Assembly: GCA_043228905.1 (NCBI GenBank)
Contig: JBHGNT010000005.1
Span: forward strand, 15,810,001 to 15,874,000
Direction: 5' to 3'
DNA from: Azolla caroliniana
Taxonomy: Eukaryota > Plantae > Polypodiophyta
DNA length: 64,000 nucleotides
Part shown: positions 23,756-34,952 of the stretch, piece after piece
How the letters are laid out: every line of letters starts with the position of its first letter
Numbering within the stretch: the stretch's first letter is position 1
Notes under the pieces: generated by a model
The model's database searches: none
Told to the model about the DNA's origin: nothing
Seen by the model: the letters and a program-made list of their open reading frames with translations, nothing else
Translations under genes and position numbers: made by a program

Positions 23756-26700
23756 ATGAATACTCAAACGGGGAGCGCTCTCCCTACCGAGAAGTTGGAT
23801 CGAAACAACTTCGCATCTTGGGAGTACAAGATGCACCAATACCTTGTCGGACAATGCTATTGGAGCTACATCAAAGGAGCGCACGAAGACCGACCTGTCG
23901 AAGCGGCTCCCGGATACACGACATGGGAGCAAGCCGCAAACCGAGTAATGTATTGCTTGGTGACATGTGTTCACGACCACATGCTCGGTTACATTCGAGA
24001 AGCCGAAACGCCGAAGGAAGCGTGGGAAAATCTACAAAAGATTTTTGCCGCCAACACGACCGCAAGGAAGCTTCAACTCCGTGAAGAGTTGAACAACATC
24101 CAACAACGGGACATGTCTATCATGACATACACCTTGAAGATCAAGGAGCTTTGCGACTCGCTTGGCTCGATAGGCGTAAATATCGATGATGATGAGATGG
24201 TGCAAATATGCCTCGGCGGCCTCGCAAAATGGTTCGGCGTGATGCGAACCGCCGTTCTAGCACGGGAGAAATCTCCCTCCTTCTTCGAGCTCCAATCAAT
24301 GCTATTGGTTGAAGAAAACCACGTGCGTACAAGGAGCAATGAGTCGGAAGGCCACATGCTCTACACGCACTCGAATGGAGGAAGAGAACGCGTACGAGCG
24401 AGAGGCCGATTCGGCCAAGGACAAGGCGGACGAGGTCCGACCTACGACAACAACTTCCAATTTCGGCCGCAAAACGAAAGCCAACAAGGTACCTTCGCAA
24501 GAAGGGGGAGCTTCCACTCCGGCCCGAGCCGTCAGAACGCAACCGAATGCGGATATTGTGGAAAGTTTGGCCACCACGAAGAAGAGTGCCGAAAGAAGAT
24601 GCGCGAATCGGCTTCCAGAAGTCGACAACTCACAAATTATGCGCACAATTCCGACTACAAAGAGTATAGAGGAAATTTACAGGCACAACTCTGACTACGA
24701 AGATCATAGCGGAATGTACGGGCACAACTCCGAAGATTGTGGCGGAATGTATGCACACAACTCTGACCATGGCGGAATGTTCATGATGAAACATAGAGCA
24801 AACTCTATGTCGGCCTCTACCTCAACTAGTGCCCTCAATCGAGAGGATGTATGGTTTGTTGACTTCAGAGCCTCAAACCATATGACATCTCATAAAGAAT
24901 GTTTTCTCGAACTTCGAGAGCCGGAGCGACCCGGTTATGTCGAAACCGGAGATGACACTAGCACCCGATTCGGCACATCGGCAATGTTCCGTTCGGCGAA
25001 GGAGGTAAGCAAACATACATTAAAAATGTCTTGCATATTCCCACCATCATGAAGGATTTGGTCTCGGTCGGCCAAATGGTTGAGCAAGGGATGCAAGTAC
25101 AATTCGAGCAAGAAGGGTGCTTCATCGAAAAAGAGGGCTGAATCATCACACGCGGTAGAAGAGAGGGCCGGATGTTCATTCTCGATTCACACGAGATGAA
25201 ATCCGCCATGTTCGCAAAAAGCACGAAAGTCGACTCCGACATAGAGCTATGGCACAAGCGAATCGGCCACATCAATATCAACAAACTCAAAGCAATGAAA
25301 TCGAAAGGAGTCGTCATCGGACTCCCAACATTCAAAGAGAAGGAGATTGAAGGTGTATGCGAAGCGTGCCAATTCTACAAGCGACACCGACACCCATTCC
25401 CGAAAGAGCGGAACGTGAGCAAAGGTCTACTCGACGTAGTCCATTCTGACGTATGGGGACCAGCGCAGACGGGTACATTCGGCAGATGCCGATATTACGT
25501 GCTCTTCATCGACGACTTCTCCAAGCACACGTGGCTCTATCCGATGCGGCAAAAGAGCAAAGTGTTTGGATACTTCCAAAGGTTTAAAAAGGAAGTAGAA
25601 AAAGCCACTGGTTGCCATGTACAATGCCTTCGATCGGATGGCGGCAAGGAGTAGTTCTCGGATGATTTCACGACGTATCTCCGAAAGGATGGAATTCGGC
25701 GAGAGTTCACTTGCCGACACATTCCGCAACAGAATGGCGTAGCCAAGCGCAAAAATCGGCACATCCTCGAAGTAGCGCGGGCCATGATGACTGAGAAGCA
25801 TATGCCCAAGTCATATTGGGTCGAAGCTGCAAATACGGCCGTCTACCTAATTAACCGGTGCACAACATACGGAGTGCACAAGGTCACTCCACACGAAAAA
25901 TACTTCGGAAAGAAGCCGGACTTATCATACACCCGGATATTGGGCGCGATAGCGTACGTGCACATCCTCGATGAGAAGCGTCAAAAGCTTGACCCGAAGT
26001 CGGAGAAATGTATCCTCGTAGGATACTCACTGGAGCAAAAGGGGTACAAGTGCTACAACCCCTCAACTCGAAAATCTCGCGTAAGTCGAGACGTCGTTTT
26101 CAATGAGTCCGCATCCTGGTACGCACCAGAGACAACTTCGACTTCGATTCTGCACGACCCAAATTCCGCCGAACAAGAGATAGAGGATGAAGATCACCTT
26201 ATGCGCATGTTCGAAGAAAGTCCGATAGCAAGGAGAAAATGGCGGAATACGAAGACGATCGCTTCAACGATGATGAGTCGACTCACTCACTCGACAGTGA
26301 GTTCGGCGGCTTTGATGTCCCAATCGGAGCTAAGAAAGCCCTCATCTCTGCAAATGAAAAGCTCCATCGCTCCACCCGTCAAAAGAATCCAGTCAGCCGA
26401 TTCGGCTACAACGACTACTTGGCATATCACTATGACTTTATGATGAAGGTGGCGACAGTACGCGAGCCGGAAACATTTTCCGAAGCAGCCAAGGATCCAC
26501 GATGGATCGAAGCCATGAACGAGGAGATGCAGGCACTACGCAAGAACGAGACATGGGATCTTGTTCTCACCTCACCACACAAAAAGGGGATCGGATGCAG
26601 ATGGATTTACAAAGTGAAGTACAACGCCGAAGGTTCTGCCAACCGCTACAAAGCGCGACTCGCAGCGAAAGGCTACGCCCAAACACACGGAGTTGACTAC

Positions 26701-27067
26701 GAGCAGACCTTTGCCTCGGTAGCAAAGATGACGACGTTACGGACCATAATTGCGCTTGCCGTGGAGAAAGGGTGGCACCTCCATCAAATGGACGTCAAGA
26801 ACGCCTTTCTACAAGGCAAATTAGATGAGGAGGTGTACATGATACAACCACCCGGCTTCAACTCGAGCACTCATCCAAAAGTTGTATGCCGACTCAAGAA
26901 GCCTCTCTATGGCCTCAAGCAAGAACCGTGTTCTTGGCATTCGAAGATAACGCAATATCTTCATCAAATCGGCTTCCATATATCAAAATCGGACAACTCC
27001 CTCTACATACGAAGCGATTCCACAAGTCCGATCGTCATCATCTTATATGTGGATGACCTAGTCATTG
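23756..27067 (+). pseudogene. A2 gag-PR-INT-RT (5' part)
   Basis: ORFs 23756-24694, 25172-25654, 25784-26443 and 26239-27075; ends YVDDLVI at the B1 insertion. Confidence 0.93.
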
Positions 27068-27514
27068 TGACGTGAAATATGCGGAATAATCTCTGGCCAC
27101 AACTGAGGGGAGCACAGAGGCAACGACCTCTTGCTCACAATCTTCGCCTGGCGGTGGTTACAACAAAGACATGCTCTGTATCTCTCTCTCTCTCTCTCTC
27201 TCTCTCAATACAATCGTTAAACCAATTACACTATACAAAGATAATAACAGCAACTATGATACTCAGAAAAACATTGTTTGCCCTAGGTCACATTTATACT
27301 AATATGACATTAGGACTATTTACAGATATAGCCCCAATGGGCTCTCAGAAACATATCTACATATATGTCCCTTCATCCGGTGAGAGGTTCTCACCGGGCC
27401 TGTAACATCCGGTTCTCACCAGGTCTTCCTTGTCGGGTACTCGTCATCCGGTTCTCACCAGGTCTTCCGATGCCGAACCTTCGTATCCCATCCGGAGGGA
27501 CCGAGATCCTAACA
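27068..27514 (-). repeat. 3' LTR of B1 (shorter, with internal deletions)
   Basis: Plus strand TGACG...TAACA; colinear with 30588-31287. Confidence 0.9.
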
Positions 27515-27524
27515 AACTCCCCCT

Positions 27525-30500
27525 TCACTCCGGCATGGGATGCCTCGTCAATCCGATCCGCTTCCGGCATGCGTCTAGCTTGTCGGGCATTAGCATCTTG
27601 GTCAGCATATCCGACTCGTTCTCCTCTGTGTGGATCTTCGTCAGCACAAACTCTCGGTCTTTTTCTCGCTCTGGAATCCAATGGTACCTCTGCTGGATGT
27701 GCTTCGTCCTAGAATGATACGTTGCGTTCTTCGCAAGGTAGATGGCACTTTGACTATCACAATAGAGCCGGTATTCCTCTTGCCGGATCTCTAGCTCTTC
27801 GATGAAGTCCTTCATCCATAGTATTTCCTTGCCGGCTTCCACAACCGCCATGTACTCCGCTTCCGTGGTTGACAATACAACCGTCTTCTGTAGCCTCAAT
27901 TGCCACAAAATAGCTCCCCTCGCATATGTCATGACATATCCGAATGTTGACCGGCTGGTATCCGCATCAACCGACATATCCGAATCGGTGAAACCGTCAA
28001 GTTGGGGTTTACCAGAGCCGAATTGGAGACACATACTTGAGGTGCCTTTCAAGTATCAGAGTATCCATTTTACCACATTCCAGTGCTCCTTGCCGGGATT
28101 GCTCATAAACCGGCTCACCACTCCGACTGCATATCCGATATCCGGTCGGGTACACACCATTGAGTACATTAGGCTCCCGACGGTAGAGGCATATGGTATC
28201 TTCATCATATCCGCCTTCTCTGCCTTCATCTTTGGGCTTTGCTTACCGGATAACCTGCAGTTTGTCGCAAGTGTCGATCCGACTGGTTTCACATCTAACA
28301 TGTTGAACCGCTGAAGCACCTTTGTCACGTACTTCTCCTGTGACAACCACAATTGCTTCATTGACCGGTCCCGGATGATATGCATCCCCAACATCTGTCT
28401 TGCCGGACCCAAGTCTTTCATTGAGAACGTTCGGTTCAGGGCCTTCTTCAGCATCTGTATCTTGACTTGGTCTCGTCCGACGATCAACATGTCGTCCACA
28501 TATAAGAGGAGTATCAGGAAGTCTCCACCTTCGAACTTCTTCACAAATACGGAGTGATCAACCTGCGTCTTGTGGTACCCTTGATCGGTCATCAAGGAGT
28601 CGAACTTCCGGTACCATTGTCGAGGATCCTGCTTCAACCCATAGAGGCTCTTTTTTAACCGGCAAACCAGGTGCTCCTTCCCTTTCTTCACAAATCCCTC
28701 CGGTTGCTGCATGTAGATCTCCTCTTCGAGGTCGTCGTGGAGGAATGTCGTCTTCACGTCTAACTGCTCTACCTCGAGGTCCAAGCTTGCCACTATGCTC
28801 AACACCGTCCGGATGGAAGTCATCTTTACTACCGGGGCAAATATCTTGTTGAGGTCCACACCCTTCTTTTTTTGGAACCCCTTCACCATGATCTTGGCTT
28901 TGTACCTTGCAGGGTTGTCGGCATCTCCCGGTTTCAACTTGTACACCCACTTGTTTCGAAGTGCCCTCTTTCCTTTCGGCAACTCCACCAATTCATACGT
29001 GTGGTTCTCGTGCAAGGAATCCATCTCGTCCTGCATGGCACTCAACCACTTGCGGCTATGGGTGTCATCCTTCGCTTCTTCGAAGCTTTCCAGCTCCCCC
29101 TCATCGGTCAGCAGCACATGCTCGGCATCCGGAAATCTCCGGGGGGGCCTTCTCTCTCTGAAAGGATATCTCCGTCTTTGGCTTTCGGCAACCGGCTCCT
29201 CTACTTGTTCTTCATCCGAATCCGATTCGGAGTCATGGTCGGTTCCGGTTTCAGCTTCCTCTACTTCTTCTTCTGCCGATTCGGTATCCTCATTGTAACT
29301 AGCTGGTTCCTCGAGTGTCAACCGGCTCTTAGCCGGGTGGGTCCGAATCTCATCGGAGTTCATTATCTTCTTCTTCGACTCCCAGTTGGCAAGAGTCTTG
29401 TCCTCCATGAAGATAATATCTCGGCTCCGGAAAACCTTCTTGTCCTACAACGTGTTGACCTTCCGGGCCCGAGCAACAACTTGCATCCGGTTGGTGTTGT
29501 CAACCACACGTCTTCTATGCCGACAATTCGGCATGTACCTTCATTCCCCATCCGGACACAACAGTGATCACCGACTGTGTAGGATGAGAAGCATTTCCGG
29601 TCCGGGGTTAGGTGGAACGATGCTCCGGAATCGACAACCCACATTGTCTCGTCGCCGGCAAGGTTCAACTCACTCTCCTCGGTGATGAGCATCAACTCTT
29701 CTTCACTTGCCGCGATTGCCGTCGTTCCCTTCCGGTTCGGTCCCCTCCGGTCTTTACCATTCCGGTCCGGTGTCCGCTTTGAATCGGTACCGTCGGTTTC
29801 CTTGTCTTTTCGGAAGTGCCGACATTTCTTCTGGAAGTGTCCTGGCTTGCCGCAATAGAAGCAAGTAGGCCTCCCCCTTGACTTTGACCGTGTTCCCGAC
29901 TTTTCCCGGTTCTAGGGACTACGATTCCTTTGTCTTCCGCATTCCGATTCGGTAAGGAGCGCTTTGGATTCGGAGCTCGTATCCTTGTCTTTCCGACGCG
30001 CCTCCTCATCTAGCAAGCTCGACTTCACTCTTGCTAGGGATAACCGTTTCCCTTCTGGCCCGGCGTTGCCCAAAGTGACAACCAACGTCTCCCAGCTATC
30101 TAGGAGGGAACCGAGCAGGAGTAGTGCTAGTAACTCATCGGCGAGAGGTACTTCCAATGATGTTGCCTGGTGGATCAGCCCTTGGAAGGCATTCATGTGC
30201 TCCGCCATGCTGGAGCCATCTTGGTACCGGAATCTTACTAGCTTCCGAAATACCGAAACTTGATTAATAGCATTTTTGTTCTGAAACATAATGCCGATCT
30301 TCTCCCAGAGCTCATGAGCCTTGCTCTCTTCATTGAAGTTGTTGTATAGACTCATGTCGATGAAGCACCGTATGTACGTCATTGTCTTCATGTGCATCAC
30401 CTCCCATATCGTGTCATCGATTTTCTCCAGTCTCTTGTCCCCGAACTGGACCGGCAACCAAAGATCTTTAACCACGAGCATGTCCCTCATCTTCGACTTC

Positions 30501-30556
30501 CACACTGAGTAGTTGGAGCCAGTGAGCTTGAACATGCCTCCCAACGAATCATTCAT
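27525..30556 (-). pseudogene. B1 gag-PR-(INT deleted)-RT-RH
   Basis: MNDSLGGMFKLTGSNYSVWKSKM, WVVDSGASFH, QLDVKTTFL, YVDD, YCDSQSA, DMLTK. Confidence 0.93.
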
Positions 30557-30587
30557 TTTTCTGTGTGGTTTCGCTCTGATACCAGTT

Positions 30588-30863
30588 TGACGAGAAATAT
30601 GCGGAATAATCTCCAACCACAACCGAAGCGTAGATCACTTGATGACAATCAAAACATAGAAGAAATGGGAATGGAGGTAAGTACACAAACAGAAAGAGAA
30701 TACACAAAATGTTAACGTGGAAAACCCTGAGAGGGAAAAACCACGGGAGTCCACAGACTCCAAACTATCACTATGTCAAGGAGTACAACGGGGAGCACAG
30801 AGGCAACGACCTCTTGCTCACAATCTTCGCCTGGCGGCGGTTACAACAGAGACATGCTATGTA

Positions 30864-30918
<55 letters not shown>

Positions 30919-31287
30919 ACAGTCGTTAAACCAATTACACTATACAAAGATAATAATAGCAACTATGATACTCAGAAAAACATTGTTTGCCCTAGGTCAC
31001 ATTTATACTAATATGACATTAGGACTATTTACAGATATAGCCCCAATGGGCTCTCAGAAACATATCTACATATATGTCCCATCATCCCGTGAGAGGTTCT
31101 CACCGGGCCTACAACATCTGGTTCTCAGCGGGTCTTCCTTGCCAGGTATTCGTCATCCGGTTCTCACCGGGTCTGCATCATCTGGTTTTCACCGGGTCTT
31201 CCTTGCCAGGTACTCGTCATCCGGTTCTCACCGGGTCTTCCGATGTCGGGCCTTCGTATCCCATCCAGAGGGACCGAGATCCTAACA
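30588..31287 (-). repeat. 5' LTR of B1
   Basis: Adjacent to the Met-i PBS; long (CT)n tract; CATCCGGTTCTCACCGG repeats. Confidence 0.92.
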
Positions 31288-32255
31288 CATTGGAGGTGAG
31301 CATCTCGTCAAAATCAATAAGGTCGAACCCCTCCTTTCCGACAAGTTCGAGATGACGAACATGAAGGAGCTCCACTACTTCCTTGGCATCGAGGTAATTC
31401 GGACTCCGACCGGAATCATGATCTCTCAACGACACTACATCCTCACTTGTTATACAAGTTCAGTATGGATGAGTGCAAATCCGCAACAACCCCGATCGAT
31501 CGCAATCTCAAACTCGATGCGAACTCCGGCACCAAAGCGTGTGAGCCGACTCAGTATCGGAAACTCATTGGGAGTCTCATCTACCTCACAATCACTCGAC
31601 CCGATCTCAGTTATCCGGTCGATCTCCTTAGCCAATTCATGCAAACACCGTGTGATACTCACTTGGATTGCACTAAGCGAGTTCTACGATACGTGAGCGG
31701 CACAATGGATTGCGGCATCCTCTACAAGACCGCGATGCCAATATGACTCGAGGGGTACACAGACGCCGATTGGGCCGGCTACAAAACCGATAGAAGATCA
31801 ACCTCCGTATTTGTTTTCTCCCTCGGCAGCGGAGCAATATCCTGGAGCAGCAAAAGCAACCAACCGTTGCTCTTTTGAGCATAGAGGCGGAATATAGGAG
31901 CGCAGCAGTGGCCGCATGTGAAGTCGTATGGCTCAAAAGGATACTGAAGGATCTGGGCGTACCCATCAAGGATCTGACTTCCCTTTACTATGACAACATG
32001 AGCAGTATCTATCTTGCTCGGAACCCAGTGTTCCACACGCGGACAAAGCATATCGAAGTGCACTATCACTTCATCCGAGAGCGCGTTCTAGCTGGCGATG
32101 TTGACCTACAACACATTAGCACAAATCTTCATACGGCCGACATCTTCACTAAAGCTTTAGGAGTCGACAAGCTATGGCAATTCATGACCGATCTCGGATT
32201 ACCGATCCCTAACCTGCCAAGCTTGAGGGGGAGTACTAAAGACACTATGCAATAA
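31288..32255 (+). pseudogene. A2 RT C-terminus and RNase H
   Basis: Resumes GGEHL after the TSD; [32 protein letters not shown]. Confidence 0.92.
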
Positions 32256-32481
32256 CGTGTGGATTCCGCCACGCAACGAAGCCGCGAAGAGCCGATCTAC
32301 CGTGCAAAGCCGCCAAGAAAGACGCAAGCCGAAGCACAGACTTCGCAACGACGCACAATGCAAGTTGGAGAACGGATTCCGCAACTCCGCATAAATGCGA
32401 GTCCACGCAGACTCCGGAACGCGAGTCGAAGCGGATTTCAGATACCATCTGAAAGCGACCCGACTTGAGCTTGAGGGGGCA

Positions 32482-32871
32482 TGTTGAGAATCAAGCTTAA
32501 CTTGGTCTAGTGTGTGAACTCACCTTGAGAGTGAAGAGACACTCCAACGGTCAAGAGTCACCATTATGTCGCCACTTTGTATTCTAGCATTTAGTATGAG
32601 TCATAGAATCATATTCTATGACACATAACTTATGAGCTTTCACATTCCCCATGCTCCATGTGTCTTGTAGTTAATGAAGAGAGAGGGTGACTATATAAAG
32701 CACCCTCCTCCCACCTTGTATGATGTTGAGTCTTTCTCCTTTGTTAATATACTTAACCTTGCGTATTCTCTATGTCTTACTTCTTGTCTCTCTCACTCTC
32801 TCTCTCACTCATACACACACACACAGTTCATATCTATTCCGTTGCACAAGAATCACACCCGATTCTTTACA
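32482..32871 (+). repeat. 3' LTR of A2
   Basis: Direct repeat of 23221-23602, more diverged in the last 80 bp. Confidence 0.93.
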
Positions 32872-32880
32872 CGTGCCATG

Positions 32881-33319
32881 TGTTAGTCGGCCGGCAAGGG
32901 AAGTCCAGAATGGGAAACGAGGGGATAATATTTACATAGAATTATTATGATTTGAGAAGCGAACGGACGGACACAGAATCGGTATGCCGATCCGGATCCG
33001 GACCGGTTCGTAGCCGGTTGCCGGTTGGCACCGGTTTGTACCTAAAACCAGAGACCTATAAAAAGGGCCGGTTAGATTGTAATCATTAGCGGATAATTAA
33101 TAGAGTGATGTTGTTCTATATCTTGATCATTGTTAATTACCGTTCTGTGCTAAGTATAATTCATCCTACGTGTGTATTGTGACTAATGATATTGCTGCTA
33201 GTAACTCCTTAGGGTTCCATTAATAGTCGGTCTAACTCTATCTCACTGTAACACCCCATTGGTGAAGTGTCTCAAAGGGACACCCTATGTTAGGCCATTG
33301 TCCGGCCCTAGCGATAACA
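32881..33319 (+). repeat. LTR-like segment, probable 3' LTR of Gypsy G00
   Basis: Inverted termini TGTTA...TAACA; CTATAAAAG near 33056; abrupt switch to Copia RT at 33320. The 5' boundary is uncertain. Confidence 0.55.
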
Positions 33320-33624
33320 GAGAATTGCTGCAAGCATGGATCTAGAGATCGAACAGTTGGATGTCAAGACAACATTCGTGCATGGGGAGCTGGACGAGGA
33401 GATCTACATGCAGTAGCCCAAAAGCTTTGAGGAGAAAGGGAAAGAGAACCTGGTGTGTCAACTGAAGAAAAGCTTGTATGGTCTGAACCAAGCTCCACAC
33501 CAATGGTACAAGAAGTTCGAGACCTTCATGTAGGAACACAGGTTGATCACTTTGTGTTCGTCAAAAGGTACGATGAAGGTGACATCTTAATTCTCTTATT
33601 ATATGTGGATGACACGTTGATAGT
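33320..33624 (+). pseudogene. Tork-like Copia RT fragment (oldest host layer)
   Basis: IAASMDLEIEQLDVKTTFVHGELDEEIYMQ...KKSLYGL...LLYVDDTLIV. Confidence 0.88.
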
Positions 33625-34149
33625 TGTTGGGAATTTGATCCCTCCGGATGGGATCCGAATGAGAACCGGAGGAGCCGGATCGGACGGATTCGGAAGATAT
33701 CCTGATGAATCCGGTGTGAACCGGATCCAGGGACATATCTATAAATATGTTTCTAGAGGGCCTGTCATGGCCATATTTGTAAATAGTCCTAAAGTCATAT
33801 AAGTATAAATATGACTTAGGGCAACCACTTATGTGTGTGGTCATCAAAGTTGTTATAATTACTGTTATAAAGAGAGAGAGAGAGAGATACTGAAAGCTTT
33901 TCTGTTGTAACCGCCAGTTGGTGAAGACATAGAGCTCGAGGTCATTGCCTCTGAGTCTCGCTTGGTATCCTCTTCTTATAATGATGGTTGGAGTCTGTGG
34001 GCTCTTGTGCTTTTTTTCCCTATTAGGGTTTTCCACGCAAACATCTAGTGTCGCATCTTATTGTGTAAGTGCATTAATCTCATTTCTATTTCCCGCTTTC
34101 TTCCATTGAGTGTTTAAGACTCGGTTGTAGCCGAGCTCTATTCCGCACA
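33625..34149 (+). repeat. 5' LTR of B3
   Basis: TGTTGG...CGCACA followed by AAC and the PBS; the first part repeats at 44387. Confidence 0.88.
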
Positions 34150-34450
34150 AACTGGTATCAGAGCACAGGTTCTAAACCTTGAAGAAAATGGAAGAGTCAT
34201 TCGGACACATGTTCAAGCTCACCATCTCTAACTACCTAGTATGGAAATCGAAGATGAGGGACATGCTCGTGGTCAAAGATCTTTGATTGTCGGTATAGTT
34301 TGGGGACAAGAAACCGGACAAAATCGATGCCATGACATGGGAGGTGATGCACATGAAGATGACAACGTACATTAGGTGATTCATCGACATGAGCATGTAC
34401 AACAACTTCAATGAAGAAAGCAAAGCTCATGTCCTCTAGGAGAAAATTCT

Positions 34451-34876
34451 GCCTGATCACCCACGCACACAGGGGAGCAAGATGGAGATTCTACCGGAAG
34501 CACACGGGCGTTCCACGGAGCAGAATCAGCCTCTCGAGAACCTGCGCAAAGAAAGCTTATGGAGAACGACAGAGGAGAAGAGCTCGGTCCCAGTCCGACA
34601 GCACTTCGTCCCCTCTAGCGCGCGATGTCTTCTCTCCCCCGTCTCCCTCTCTTTTATAGCTCAAGGAGGGAGGCCGTCTTGCCCATTTTACATCACATTA
34701 ATTCTCTGTCCTTTCGGACAGAGATACTCCTCGATTCTCCCTATAGAATATTGCTACCTAGGATCTACCCCTTGCGCCTACCTATCTACTTTACGACAAG
34801 GGACGTGCCCACGTGTAAGGGCCGGTTCACACACATTATACATGGTTTGCGCCTGGGGACGGTTTTCTTCACGACA
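34451..34876 (-). repeat. 3' LTR of G2, missing about 180 bp of its U5 end
   Basis: Matches 40777-41202. Confidence 0.92.
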
Positions 34877-34952
34877 TCCGCCCCCACCTAACTGCGCATC
34901 CACCGGTATGTGCCAAAATTGGGTTCCTACGGGAGAAAACCGATCCTTACTT

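Larger units (their letters stand above)
27068..31287 (-). mobile_element. Ty1/Copia element B1 (Tork/Tnt1-like), integrase deleted, 5-bp TSD CATTG
   Basis: LTRs 27068-27514 and 30588-31287; CATTG at 27063-27067 and 31288-31292; PBS 30573-30584; PPT 27515-27526. Confidence 0.95.
23221..32871 (+). mobile_element. Ty1/Copia element A2 (second unit of tandem), interrupted by B1
   Basis: LTR 23221-23602, PBS, gag-pol, PPT TTGAGGGGGCA, LTR 32482-32871. Confidence 0.93.
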
